A stretch of 64,000 nucleotides of DNA from positions 75,073 through 139,072 of the forward strand of contig CAMYNL010000013.1 of NCBI GenBank assembly GCA_947259705.1. The letters are read 5' to 3'. This stretch comes from an uncultured Gammaproteobacteria bacterium. Lineage in GTDB: Bacteria; Pseudomonadota; Gammaproteobacteria; Arenicellales; JAANXG01. The translations under genes were made by a program, and so were the position numbers. The number at the start of each line of letters is the position of its first letter. The first letter of the stretch is position 1. Below the pieces are notes generated by a model, which was not told the origin of the DNA, searched no databases, and saw only the letters and a list, made by a program, of their open reading frames with translations. This document shows, in pieces, positions 17,576 through 26,663 of this stretch.

Positions 17576-18889
17576 ATGAACGATCCCGCTGCTGAGCCGC
17601 CGACCGGAAGCGGTCTCCTTGAGCGGATGGTCTCGCTCAGAGCCGGTGAGGGCCGCATGGTGGCACTGAGCTGCGCCTACTTCTTCTGTCTGCTTTGCGC
17701 CTACTATGTACTGCGGCCGGTGCGCGACGAAATGGGTATACAGGGCGGCATCGAGAACCTGCAGTGGCTTTTCACCGCGACCTTCGTGGCGATGCTGTGC
17801 CTGGTACCCCTGTTCGGCTGGATCAGCTCTCGTTACCCGCGCCGTCGCTTTGTCCCCGCCATTTACGTTTTCTTTCTGGCTAACGTCCTGCTGTTCCACC
17901 TCCTGTTCGATTCAGGCATCGAAAAGGCCATGGTAGCGCGTGTCTTTTTCGTCTGGTTGAGTGTGTTCAATCTGTTCGTGGTGTCCGTTTTCTGGTCGTT
18001 CATGGTAGACGTGTTTTCCAGCGAGCAGGGCAGGCGCCTGTTCGGCCTCATCGCCGCAGGTGGCAGCGCCGGGGCCGTCGCCGGTCCGGCACTGACGTCC
18101 CTGCTGGTCGTGCGCCTGGGGCCGGTGAACCTGCTTCTTGTATCGGCTATTTTCCTGGCGGCGGCCCTGTGGTGCGTTGTACAGCTGGGAAAGCAGGCGG
18201 CGGTTTCCGCCGATCCCGAGCCGGTCATCGGCGGCGGCCTGCTGGATGGCGTCAGGCGGGTGGTCCGGTCCAGGTACCTGCTCGGCGTGGTCCTTTACAT
18301 CGTGCTGTACACGACCCTGGCCACCTTCCTCTATTTCACCCAGGCCTATATCGTCAGGGAAGCGTTTACCGACGGCGCTCAACGCACCCAGGTATTCGCG
18401 CTCATGGATCTTGCTACCAACGTGCTTACGATCTTCCTGCAATTGTTTGTCACCGGGCGGCTGGCAAGCCGCTTCGGCGTCGGCTTCACACTGGCACTGG
18501 TGCCGGTGCTGCTGCTGATCGGGTTCATCGCGCTGGGGTTTGCGCCCGTGCTTGGGGTGCTGGTGGCGGTACAGATACTGCGCAGGGCGGGCAACTATGC
18601 CATCGCGCGGCCGAGCCGGGAAATGCTGTTCTCGGTGCTGGGCAGGGAAGACAAGTACAAGTCCAAGAACTTCATCGACACGGTGATCTACCGAGGCGGT
18701 GATGCTGTTAGCGGTTGGTTCTATGCCGCTCTCACGGCCGTGGGCATGGGCACCGGGGCCATTGCCTGGCTGGCGGCGCCGCTGGCGCTACTGTGGGCGG
18801 TCACCGGCTGGCGGCTGGGATCGAGACGAGATGAAATGGAGCGGACGCACCCCGCTGCGGCAGTCATCCGCCCGGGGGGCGCCCGGTGA
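17576..18889 (+). CDS. MFS-type membrane transporter with TLC (ATP/ADP translocase)-like N-terminus
   Basis: About 12 TM segments. CAYYVLRPVRDEMG and the IYRGGDAVSGW motif recall NTP/NDP-exchanger-like MFS proteins. Substrate is unknown. Confidence 0.7.
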   Translation: MNDPAAEPPTGSGLLERMVSLRAGEGRMVALSCAYFFCLLCAYYVLRPVRDEMGIQGGIENLQWLFTATFVAMLCLVPLFGWISSRYPRRRFVPAIYVFFLANVLLFHLLFDSGIEKAMVARVFFVWLSVFNLFVVSVFWSFMVDVFSSEQGRRLFGLIAAGGSAGAVAGPALTSLLVVRLGPVNLLLVSAIFLAAALWCVVQLGKQAAVSADPEPVIGGGLLDGVRRVVRSRYLLGVVLYIVLYTTLATFLYFTQAYIVREAFTDGAQRTQVFALMDLATNVLTIFLQLFVTGRLASRFGVGFTLALVPVLLLIGFIALGFAPVLGVLVAVQILRRAGNYAIARPSREMLFSVLGREDKYKSKNFIDTVIYRGGDAVSGWFYAALTAVGMGTGAIAWLAAPLALLWAVTGWRLGSRRDEMERTHPAAAVIRPGGAR

Positions 18890-19848
18890 CCGCGCAGCGA
18901 CCGGGGGCCGCCATGCTGCCAGCACGCCGCCGCCTGCTACGGTTGCTGGCGGCGGCTCTTGGTTGGGGCGGGGCCGGTGCCGCGGTCCGCGCGGGCGTGG
19001 TGAGGTCGTCGGCGATCGGCGGGCAACTGCGCCGGGCGATACCGGTTTCCGGCGAACAGCTCCCCGTCATCGGGCTGGGTACCGCGCGCAGCTTTGACGT
19101 CGGCATGGCGGCGGAAAGGAGAATCCCGCTGCGGGAGGTCGTGCGGGCCTTCGTGGAACAAGGGGGCGCCGTGGTGGACACCTCACCGATGTACGGCAGC
19201 GCCGAGTCCGTGGTCGGGCGAGTGGTGGCGGAGACCGGCGTGTCGGGCCGCATCTTTCTCGCCACCAAGGTTTGGACCGAAGGCCGCGACGCCGGCGTCC
19301 GCCAGATGGAGAGTTCCATGCGAAACTTGGGGACGGATGTCATCGACCTGATGCAGGTGCACAACCTGGTCGACACCGCGACGCATTTGAAAACCATGAG
19401 GGAATGGAAGGCGCGGGGTCGCATCCGTTACCTGGGGATTACGCACTACACCAGCTCGGCCTTCGGCGAACTGGAGCGCTGGATGCGCAACGAACGCCCG
19501 GACTTCGTCCAGTTTCCTTATTCGATTGCCAACCGGGCGGCGGAGGACCGATTGCTTCAGGTGGCCGCGGAACATGGTGTGGCCACCATCGCGCACCGCA
19601 ACTTTGAGCGCGGCAGACTGTTTGAAAAGGTGAAGGACAGGCGCCTGCCCGACTGGACGGCGGAGTTCGAGTGCGCGAGCTGGGGCAACTTCTTTCTCAA
19701 GTACCTGATCGCGGACCCGCGTCTGGGCTGCGTCATCCCGGCAACTGGCAAGCGCCGGCATCTGCTGGACAACATGAATGCCGGACGCGGACCACTTCCC
19801 GATGCACGTCAACGCCGGCGGATGGCCCGCATGATCGACTCCCTGTGA
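18886..19848 (+). CDS. Aldo/keto reductase with putative Tat signal
   Basis: PARRRLLRLLAAALGWGGAGAAV leader, then AKR blocks (GLGTARSF, DTSPMYGSAE, IDLMQVHN, YLGITHY). Its GTG overlaps the upstream stop. Confidence 0.85.
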   Translation: MTAQRPGAAMLPARRRLLRLLAAALGWGGAGAAVRAGVVRSSAIGGQLRRAIPVSGEQLPVIGLGTARSFDVGMAAERRIPLREVVRAFVEQGGAVVDTSPMYGSAESVVGRVVAETGVSGRIFLATKVWTEGRDAGVRQMESSMRNLGTDVIDLMQVHNLVDTATHLKTMREWKARGRIRYLGITHYTSSAFGELERWMRNERPDFVQFPYSIANRAAEDRLLQVAAEHGVATIAHRNFERGRLFEKVKDRRLPDWTAEFECASWGNFFLKYLIADPRLGCVIPATGKRRHLLDNMNAGRGPLPDARQRRRMARMIDSL

Positions 19849-19849
19849 G

Positions 19850-20158
19850 GTGGTGACGATGCCGGATGATATCGCGCGGGATGCCTGGCTGCGGACGACC
19901 GCGGCCGGCCGGCGTTGTTACCTGTCGGTGGCGGCGCCCGGTTCAGAATCGACGGCGCTGGCTAGCGAGTTGCCGGCGCATCTGAAGCAGCGCAACCCCG
20001 ACGATGCCGAGAGCAAAGCGGGGTTCGAAAACTTCGTCGTCATCCTCGGCCGGGTTACCGAGATCGACTGGCTGTGGCTGCGAGCGCAGGGCCATCGGCG
20101 GGCCTTATTCAGGTGGACGGAAACGGGTATGCTTCAGGCCGGGTGGTTGATTCCCTGA
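19850..20158 (+). pseudogene. C-terminal half of a PNPOx-like (pyridoxamine 5'-phosphate oxidase family) protein, probably a 5'-truncated remnant
   Basis: AWLRTTAAGRRCYLSVAAPGS...GFENFVVILGRVTEIDWLWLRAQGHRRALF matches only the C-terminal part of ~190 aa PNPOx-family proteins. The ORF starts 2 nt after the AKR stop. Confidence 0.4.
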
Positions 20159-20179
20159 CCAGCGGTGAGAAGACTGACC

Positions 20180-21115
20180 ATGAACATGAGGATCGGTGTA
20201 TTCGGCATGGGAGGCGTCGGCGGGTACTTCGCTGGCCGCCTGGCGGAGGGCAAGATGAACGTCGTCTGTATCGCCCGCGGCCCCCATCTCGCTGCCATCC
20301 GCCGCGACGGCCTGCGGGTGGACAGCATCGACGGAGACGTTACCGTGGAGGAACTCCCGGCGTTCGATGATCCGGCCGCGGCCGGAGTGGTGGATGTGCT
20401 GCTGGTGGCGGTAAAGAGCTGGCAACTCGCGGACGCCATCGGCGCCATGGCGCCGATGGTCGGGTCGGACACTGTGATCGTCCCGCTGCTCAACGGCGTG
20501 GAAGCGCCGGAGCAGATCGCGAGCCGTTATGGTGAGGAACGGGTGCTGGGTGGTCTGTGCGGATTGATCAGCATGGTGTCGGCGCCGGGTCACATACGCC
20601 ACACCGGGGCCAGGCCGTTCATCAAGTTCGGTGAGCCGAACGGCGTGCGCAGCAGCCGGGTCACCAGGCTGGCTGAGAGTCTGCAGGGGCTGCGCGGCAT
20701 GACGGTGGAGGTACCCGCAGACATCAATGTTGAGATGTGGAACAAGTTCCTGTTCATCACCGCTTTCAGCGGTGTCGGCGCGGTGACCCGGTCGACGATC
20801 GGCGAGCTGCGTGAGTTGCCGGCGACCCGGGCCCTGCTGCAGTCGGCCATGGCGGAGGTGGAGGCGGTAGGCAGAGCCCGCGGAATTACTATGACCAACG
20901 ACGTAGTCGCCAATGCCATGGGCTTCATCGATGAGCTGCCGCCGGGGTCCACCGCTTCCATGCAGCGCGACATCATGGCGGAACGGGTCTCCGAGCTGGA
21001 GGCCCAGACCGGTGCCGTGGTTCGGCTCGGCCGCCAGGGCGGTGTCGAGGTGCCGGTCAACGGGTTCATATATGCCAGCCTGCTGCCACAGGAACAGCGC
21101 GCCGTTCGCGACTGA
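20180..21115 (+). CDS. panE: 2-dehydropantoate 2-reductase (ApbA/PanE family)
   Basis: MRIGVFGMGGVGGYFAGRLAE Rossmann N-terminus, LVAVKSWQL, and the ketopantoate reductase C-terminal domain (SMQRDI..ER.SELEAQTGAVVRLG). Confidence 0.85.
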   Translation: MNMRIGVFGMGGVGGYFAGRLAEGKMNVVCIARGPHLAAIRRDGLRVDSIDGDVTVEELPAFDDPAAAGVVDVLLVAVKSWQLADAIGAMAPMVGSDTVIVPLLNGVEAPEQIASRYGEERVLGGLCGLISMVSAPGHIRHTGARPFIKFGEPNGVRSSRVTRLAESLQGLRGMTVEVPADINVEMWNKFLFITAFSGVGAVTRSTIGELRELPATRALLQSAMAEVEAVGRARGITMTNDVVANAMGFIDELPPGSTASMQRDIMAERVSELEAQTGAVVRLGRQGGVEVPVNGFIYASLLPQEQRAVRD

Positions 21116-21226
21116 TCACGGGACGCGGGCTGCGCCCGGAAACTTGCGGTGATCTGTCAGCAGACCATCCCGATCTCCAGCCATCGAATCCTGCTGCCGG
21201 CGCGACCGGCTCGCGGCAGCCGGTCG

Positions 21227-22180
21227 GTGTTGCGTTGCGCGCCAGTCAGTCTGACCGCCATCGTCTTGATGGCGGCGCTGCTTGGTGGCTGCAGCCTCAC
21301 GGCGCTGGTCAATGCGTTGACACCGACTTCAGGGTACTCCACGTACTCCGATCTGGACTACGGCGGCGGCGCAAGGCAGCGCCTGGATGTCTACGTCCCT
21401 GAGGAGCTGCAGGAAAGGGCGCCGGTGGTGGTCTTTTTCTACGGCGGACGCTGGCAGCGCGGCGACAAGGAACGGTATCGGTTTGTTGGCCAGGCGCTGG
21501 CGAGTCGCGGCCTGGTCACCGTGATCGCGGACTATCGCCAGTACCCGGAGGTGAAATTCCCCGGCTTCGTCGAGGATGGGGCCCGGGCGCTTGCCTGGAC
21601 GCGATCGAACATCTCACGGTACGGCGGTGATCCGCGTGCCATGTTCGTCATGGGGCACTCCGCGGGCGCGCACATCGCGGCGATGCTCGTGTTCGACGAG
21701 CGATATCTTCACGCGGTGGGCGGCAGCGGCGAGTGGCTGCGGGGCATGATCGGTCTTGCCGGACCCTATGATTTCCTGCCGCTGACGGACGATGTTCTCA
21801 AGGACCTCTTCGGGCCCCCGGATCGTTATACGGAATCGCAGCCCATAGCCTTCGTGGACGGCACGGAACCCCCCCTGCTGCTGCTGCATGGTCTTAAGGA
21901 CGAGACGGTACTCGTCCGCAATACCCGCAACCTGGCGCAACGGGTGCTCGAACAGGGCGGCAGGGCCGACACCATCCTGTATCCGCAACTCGATCACATA
22001 AAGATCATCGGCGCGCTGGCGGCTCCCGTGCGCGGGATTGCCCCGGTCCTGGATGACACGGTGTCATTTATCCGCGCTACAATCGAAGCGCCGGACCGGT
22101 GTGAAGCGCCATCCCGTGTCGCGAAGTTCTCAGCGGTCCTGCGCGCCGGGAATCTTCCGGGCACGGCAACGTCAAATTGA
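21227..22180 (+). CDS. Alpha/beta hydrolase (esterase/lipase fold-3 type), probable lipoprotein
   Basis: Lipobox LLGGC, FFYGGRWQRGD oxyanion region, nucleophile elbow GHSAGAH, late HG..D and H. Start is uncertain (ORF opens at 21149). Confidence 0.8.
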   Translation: MLRCAPVSLTAIVLMAALLGGCSLTALVNALTPTSGYSTYSDLDYGGGARQRLDVYVPEELQERAPVVVFFYGGRWQRGDKERYRFVGQALASRGLVTVIADYRQYPEVKFPGFVEDGARALAWTRSNISRYGGDPRAMFVMGHSAGAHIAAMLVFDERYLHAVGGSGEWLRGMIGLAGPYDFLPLTDDVLKDLFGPPDRYTESQPIAFVDGTEPPLLLLHGLKDETVLVRNTRNLAQRVLEQGGRADTILYPQLDHIKIIGALAAPVRGIAPVLDDTVSFIRATIEAPDRCEAPSRVAKFSAVLRAGNLPGTATSN

Positions 22181-22210
22181 CATATGCTGCCGACTAGGAG
22201 GCACTGCGTG

Positions 22211-22801
22211 ATGAGAATTCTACTTGCCTTGGCCGTGTCGTTTCTCGCGGGATGCCATTCGTATTACCAGGAACGCATTTACGGTAACGAGAATTCGCCC
22301 TACTTCAGCGTTCCGATCGACTCCACGGTGGTCCTCAGGCGGGACCTAGAGGTGTCCTCGAGATCGGACCGGATATTCTTCCAGGACGGCACGATCGTGC
22401 CCTTGCGTGAAGTCAACCGCTATCTGCCGTACTGCTTCCTGAAGCTGGACATTTGGAAGGAAACCCCGCAGCGGGTGGCGCCCGACACCTTTACCGTGCG
22501 CAGGGTCTATGACGAGATGCGCTACCAGCTTGCGGTGCACGGAATCCGCCTTGCCCAGCTGGATCGCAGTGGTACCGACTACCAGGTGGTGGCCAAGGTG
22601 CACGAGCTGGCGTCGGAGCGGCAACCCGATGTGCGCGATCTGGTCTGTGCGGCATGGGGATTGCCCCAGGACATGTCCCGCGTCACCATCAAGCTGATGC
22701 GCGAGCAGCTGGGGGACTATTTCGACCTGCAACTTGCCTTGGCGCCGGCGGACAGCGGGCCGTCCTCACGCGGGGCCGGCAGCGGCCGGCGCGGTTACTG
22801 A
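22211..22801 (+). CDS. Hypothetical lipoprotein
   Basis: MRILLALAVSFLAGC lipobox and a good GC3 frame. I recognise no family. Confidence 0.6.
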   Translation: MRILLALAVSFLAGCHSYYQERIYGNENSPYFSVPIDSTVVLRRDLEVSSRSDRIFFQDGTIVPLREVNRYLPYCFLKLDIWKETPQRVAPDTFTVRRVYDEMRYQLAVHGIRLAQLDRSGTDYQVVAKVHELASERQPDVRDLVCAAWGLPQDMSRVTIKLMREQLGDYFDLQLALAPADSGPSSRGAGSGRRGY

Positions 22802-22981
22802 GTGCGGTGACGGGATCGATCGAGCGCATGAGCCGTGTCGATCCGCACCACGCGGGATTCGGGTCGCCAGCGGGTGCCGAACGGGATGGAAAGTAACCGC
22901 TGCCCTGATGCCAGGTTGGTTGCCGGCCGCGCCGGAACTCCGGTTGCTCGACGCCGCCCGGCGCGGCGTTCGCGCTGAGTG

Positions 22982-23725
22982 ATGGCGCTGCTGTGGCGCC
23001 ATCAACGGGGCGATGTAATCTACGAGGTCCGTAGCGCCGGACACAGTCTGCGTCTTTACACCAACGGCGTGCTGCATAGCCAGGCCAATAGCCGGCGCGG
23101 TTTTTCCGGGGGGGTGTGGGATCTGCTGGCGCTGCCTACCTTGTTTCGCGCCCCAGGTTCCATCCGCCGGGTGCTGCTGCTCGGGGTCGGCGGCGGGGGC
23201 GTCATTGCCGCACTGCGTCAATACGCAGCGCCTGAACGTATCATTGGTGTCGACATCGACCCGGTCCACCTGATGGTGGCGGAGGAATTCTTCCGCATCC
23301 GCGGGCCGGACCTGCAACTGGTGCATGACGACGCGGTGAGCTGGCTTGCCGGGTACCGGGGAACGCCCTTCGACATGATCGTCGAGGACCTGTGCGGGGC
23401 GGGCCGTGGCGGCGCCCGACGCAGCGTCGCCGCGGATAGCGAGTGGTTCGGTCGTTTGCGCGACCGTCTCGGCACAGGGGGGTTGCTGGTGATGAATTTT
23501 CTGGGCCGTGACGGGCTGCGGGCCAGCGCTTACCTCCGCGACAAGCGGGTCAGCGCCAGTTATGCCTGCGCCTACCAGTTGACCACTACGTACTATGATA
23601 ACCGCGTGGCGGCCTGCCTGACCCACCAATCGACGCCGCGGGAGCTACGCCGCAACCTGCGGCGCATGCCGGGCGTCCGGAGCCCGGTCCGGTTCCGTGT
23701 CAGCGCGCTTAACGGGCCTCGCTGA
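22982..23725 (+). CDS. Spermidine synthase-like SAM-dependent methyltransferase-fold protein
   Basis: IYEVRSAGHSLRLYTNGVLHSQ (spermine/spermidine synthase-like N-terminal beta motif) and VLLLGVGGGGVIAAL...IIGVDIDP (SAM motif I and post-I). Confidence 0.7.
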   Translation: MALLWRHQRGDVIYEVRSAGHSLRLYTNGVLHSQANSRRGFSGGVWDLLALPTLFRAPGSIRRVLLLGVGGGGVIAALRQYAAPERIIGVDIDPVHLMVAEEFFRIRGPDLQLVHDDAVSWLAGYRGTPFDMIVEDLCGAGRGGARRSVAADSEWFGRLRDRLGTGGLLVMNFLGRDGLRASAYLRDKRVSASYACAYQLTTTYYDNRVAACLTHQSTPRELRRNLRRMPGVRSPVRFRVSALNGPR

Positions 23726-24479
23726 AGAACAGAGCGATGGTGGGATAGCTACGCATTAGATGGCTCAGGAACACCACCAGGAACAGGGTCATGGCGAACA
23801 TCTCCAGTGTCTCTTCGATGGACTTGGAGAAATGGCTGATCAGATCTTCGGTGACATCGTAGTTCTGCAGGATCCACCAGTACCGGTCGTCGAGTCCTTC
23901 CACGAAATCGAGGAACACAGCCAGCGCCAGGAAGCCGAAGGCCGCCAGCACGCCGGCCCGGTGTTTCCAGTCGTCGAGTTCGCGCCACAGGAAGAACAGC
24001 ATGAACAGGCCCATGGCGCCGAGCACCGGGCCGACGACCAGTTGCCAGGCGTAGCTGGGATAAGCGTTGAGTACATCGCTGGTGGCGTCGAAGGATTCCG
24101 ACCAGGTTCCCAGCCGCTCGTGCACCTTGGCGCCGTCGTCCACCGACAGATAGGTGAACAGGATGGCCACGAACATCCATCCGGCGCGCCGGAAAGCGGA
24201 TGCCTGGCTGGCGCGACTGGCGATAACCAAGGCCCAGGCCACCAGCGCCACCGCGAAGGTCTGCATGATGGCGAACCAGGAGGCTAGGCTGTCCTCGCGG
24301 GCGGTGTTGAACAGGCGCCGTATCGCCCCGGTCTCGCTGAAACGCTGCCAGTTGATGGTCAGGTCCAGCAGGAACAGCAGGATCTCGGTGGCGATGCAGA
24401 CGAAGAACACGGTGGCCAGGAGCCGGCGTGTATCGACGTTGACGCGCGTGACGCGGTGATCATCCATGGTCGGCCGCAC
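23709..24479 (-). CDS. Hypothetical polytopic membrane protein
   Basis: Six or seven hydrophobic segments in a consistent coding frame. No family recognised. Confidence 0.6.
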   Translation of the reverse strand: MRPTMDDHRVTRVNVDTRRLLATVFFVCIATEILLFLLDLTINWQRFSETGAIRRLFNTAREDSLASWFAIMQTFAVALVAWALVIASRASQASAFRRAGWMFVAILFTYLSVDDGAKVHERLGTWSESFDATSDVLNAYPSYAWQLVVGPVLGAMGLFMLFFLWRELDDWKHRAGVLAAFGFLALAVFLDFVEGLDDRYWWILQNYDVTEDLISHFSKSIEETLEMFAMTLFLVVFLSHLMRSYPTIALFFSEAR

Positions 24480-24565
24480 AAGAAAAGGCGCCGGACGCTG
24501 TCGCGCCCGACGCCATCTTCAAGGAGTTATGACTACTGTTATTTTCCCAACTCGAGTCAATCCCC

Positions 24566-25276
24566 TCAGACAGACTGGCTGGCGCCGTTGTCGTTTGCCG
24601 TGGTGTCGCCACCCGTGCCGGGGTCGGTATTGTCGTTGTTGGCCGCACTTGTGTTGTCGTCGGAGCCCGAATCATCATCGCTGCTGGCAGTGCTGACGCT
24701 GTCCTCGGAGAAACTGTCGTCGTCGCCAGCGACATTGTCATTGCCGTTGACGTTGTCGTCAACGCCGTCATCTACCGTTCCGCGAACTGTGAGTGTCTCG
24801 CCAACCACCTCTCCAGCCGCAACGGTAACATTGATATTGACGACAGAGCCTGCCGCTGCCTCAAACTGGGTAGCCGGGACGTCATTGACGGATATGGCGC
24901 AGGTAGCGGGCGGGACGCCGGTGAACATAAACTCACCGTTTACATCGGTCGTCGTGGATGCGTTGAAACTACCATCGCCGCCACAACTCAGGTCGACGGT
25001 TGCCCCGACAACGGGGGCCGCGAGGGCCGGTTTCGACATCCACTTGGCCAGGCTGGCTACCAGTTTCTCGCTGGTGGTGGCGCTGCCGCCGTTCCAGATG
25101 TCGAGGCTGGCCAGACCACCGTTGTCCACGACGCCCGCCACGGTCGCGGTGCCGGCCGCGCCGCCGCCGGCGCTGGAGGAGGTGCCGCCGCCGCCACCGC
25201 AGGCGGCGATGGTAAGTACGGCCGCGGTGGTTACCGCATAGAAGCTGAAGACTTTGCTATTGATGTTAAACGCCAT
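24566..25276 (-). CDS. Lipoprotein with carboxypeptidase-regulatory-like beta domain and Asp-rich acidic tail
   Basis: Lipobox LTIAAC followed by a Gly linker. VDLSCGGDGSFNASTTTDVNGEFMFTGVPPATCAISV is a CarboxypepD_reg-like motif. The C-terminal ~70 aa are dominated by D/S/N/G. Confidence 0.7.
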   Translation of the reverse strand: MAFNINSKVFSFYAVTTAAVLTIAACGGGGGTSSSAGGGAAGTATVAGVVDNGGLASLDIWNGGSATTSEKLVASLAKWMSKPALAAPVVGATVDLSCGGDGSFNASTTTDVNGEFMFTGVPPATCAISVNDVPATQFEAAAGSVVNINVTVAAGEVVGETLTVRGTVDDGVDDNVNGNDNVAGDDDSFSEDSVSTASSDDDSGSDDNTSAANNDNTDPGTGGDTTANDNGASQSV

Positions 25277-25503
25277 AAGATTGACTCCCGATGTTGATCT
25301 TGGAACTCCGTCGAGCTTTTATTAAGAACTGATTAAGTTGATCCTTCGTCGTCACTGGTCTTTGTTTAGCAAAGGGATGAATGCATTTGCATGAAGGTGA
25401 GATTAAATTCTTCAACACACGCCGAACCGAATCATGCGACCGATAAACGGTGTTAGAGTTGTGAGATTACTTAAGTGTTTTCCCTTAGAGGCATGAAGAA
25501 GAC

Positions 25504-26310
25504 GTGAAGACTGGACGCAAGAAGGCCTACGAGAACATGGAGTTCATTCGCAGCCGCGATGCCCGCGCGCTTCGGATACTGTCGGAGTACCTGGAGCCCG
25601 CTGCACGCTTCGAGCACCACGGCGTCGACGACACCATCGTATTCATGGGTTCGTCGCGCATCGTCTCGCGCGACCAGGCGCAGACCGACATGGAACGGGC
25701 CCGTGACGGTGGCCGTGACCTGGCGCATGCGGAACAGCGTCTGCTTATGTCAAAGTATTATGAAGCCGCGCGTGAACTGGCCCATCGGTTCACCGTGTGG
25801 TCGAAGCAGCTGCCCGATGATCATCGACGCTTCGTGGTCTGTACCGGCGGGGGGCCGGGCATTATGGAGGCGGCCAACCGAGGCGCGGTGGAGGCCAACG
25901 GTACCTCCGTGGGCCTGTCCATATCACTGCCGCACATGGAGCAGAGCAATGCGTATACCAGCCGCGACCTGGCGTTCGAGTTCCATTACTTCTTCATGCG
26001 CAAGTTCTGGTTCGTTTACCTGGCCAAGGCGGTGATCCTGTTCCCCGGCGGGTTCGGCACGCTGGACGAGCTGTTCGAGATCCTGACCCTCAGGCAGACC
26101 GGCAAGCTGCGCAAGCACCTGCCGCTGGTGTTGTTCGGGAGGGAATACTGGGAAAGCGTGGTGGATTTCGATGCCCTGGTGCGACACGGCAGCATCCGGG
26201 CGGAGGACCTCAAGCTGTTTCTGATGACGGACTCCCCAGATGAGGTGTTTCGGCACGTGACCGGGGAACTCACCCTCTACGGGCTGCAGAAGCCAGGCGC
26301 GACGTTGTGA
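25504..26310 (+). CDS. LOG family / TIGR00730 Rossmann-fold nucleotide-binding protein
   Basis: GGGPGIMEAANRGA and PGGFGTLDELFE signature motifs. Confidence 0.85.
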   Translation: MKTGRKKAYENMEFIRSRDARALRILSEYLEPAARFEHHGVDDTIVFMGSSRIVSRDQAQTDMERARDGGRDLAHAEQRLLMSKYYEAARELAHRFTVWSKQLPDDHRRFVVCTGGGPGIMEAANRGAVEANGTSVGLSISLPHMEQSNAYTSRDLAFEFHYFFMRKFWFVYLAKAVILFPGGFGTLDELFEILTLRQTGKLRKHLPLVLFGREYWESVVDFDALVRHGSIRAEDLKLFLMTDSPDEVFRHVTGELTLYGLQKPGATL

Positions 26311-26663
26311 TGTCGCGCTGGCGGGGCGGCACGCCGGTGGGCGGGGTCAACGCATGGTCGACGTTGGATCGGCTCCGGCGGCCGGCGAGGCGCGTATGCG
26401 CTGCCCGGGGAACAGTCGATGGCTGACGGCGAACCCGAGGTCAGGTTCGCGGTGGTAAACGGATCGAAGCGCCGGCGCAGTCGCGTTTCCGCAGGCTGTG
26501 TGCACGTGCTCGACGACGCGGCGGCAGCCCGGGATGCCAGTGACCCCGATGCGGGCTGTTTCGCTGCCCGGGTACTCGGTCCCTCACGCTCCGCGGAGGG
26601 CCAGTTGATGTATTACCTGCTAGAATGGCTCGACTGAACCGCGTTGATCGAAAGGGAGCAGAC

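Noticed and set aside
22766-23629. 287-aa minus-strand ORF opposite the spermidine-synthase-like gene
   Set aside because: It has no recognisable motifs and an Ala/Arg/Gly/Pro-rich composition. The plus-strand frame has SAM-binding and spermidine-synthase-like motifs.
24456-25241. 261-aa plus-strand S/P/T/L-rich ORF
   Set aside because: It mirrors the Asp/Gly/Ser-rich lipoprotein gene on the minus strand. That gene has a lipobox and a CarboxypepD_reg-like domain.
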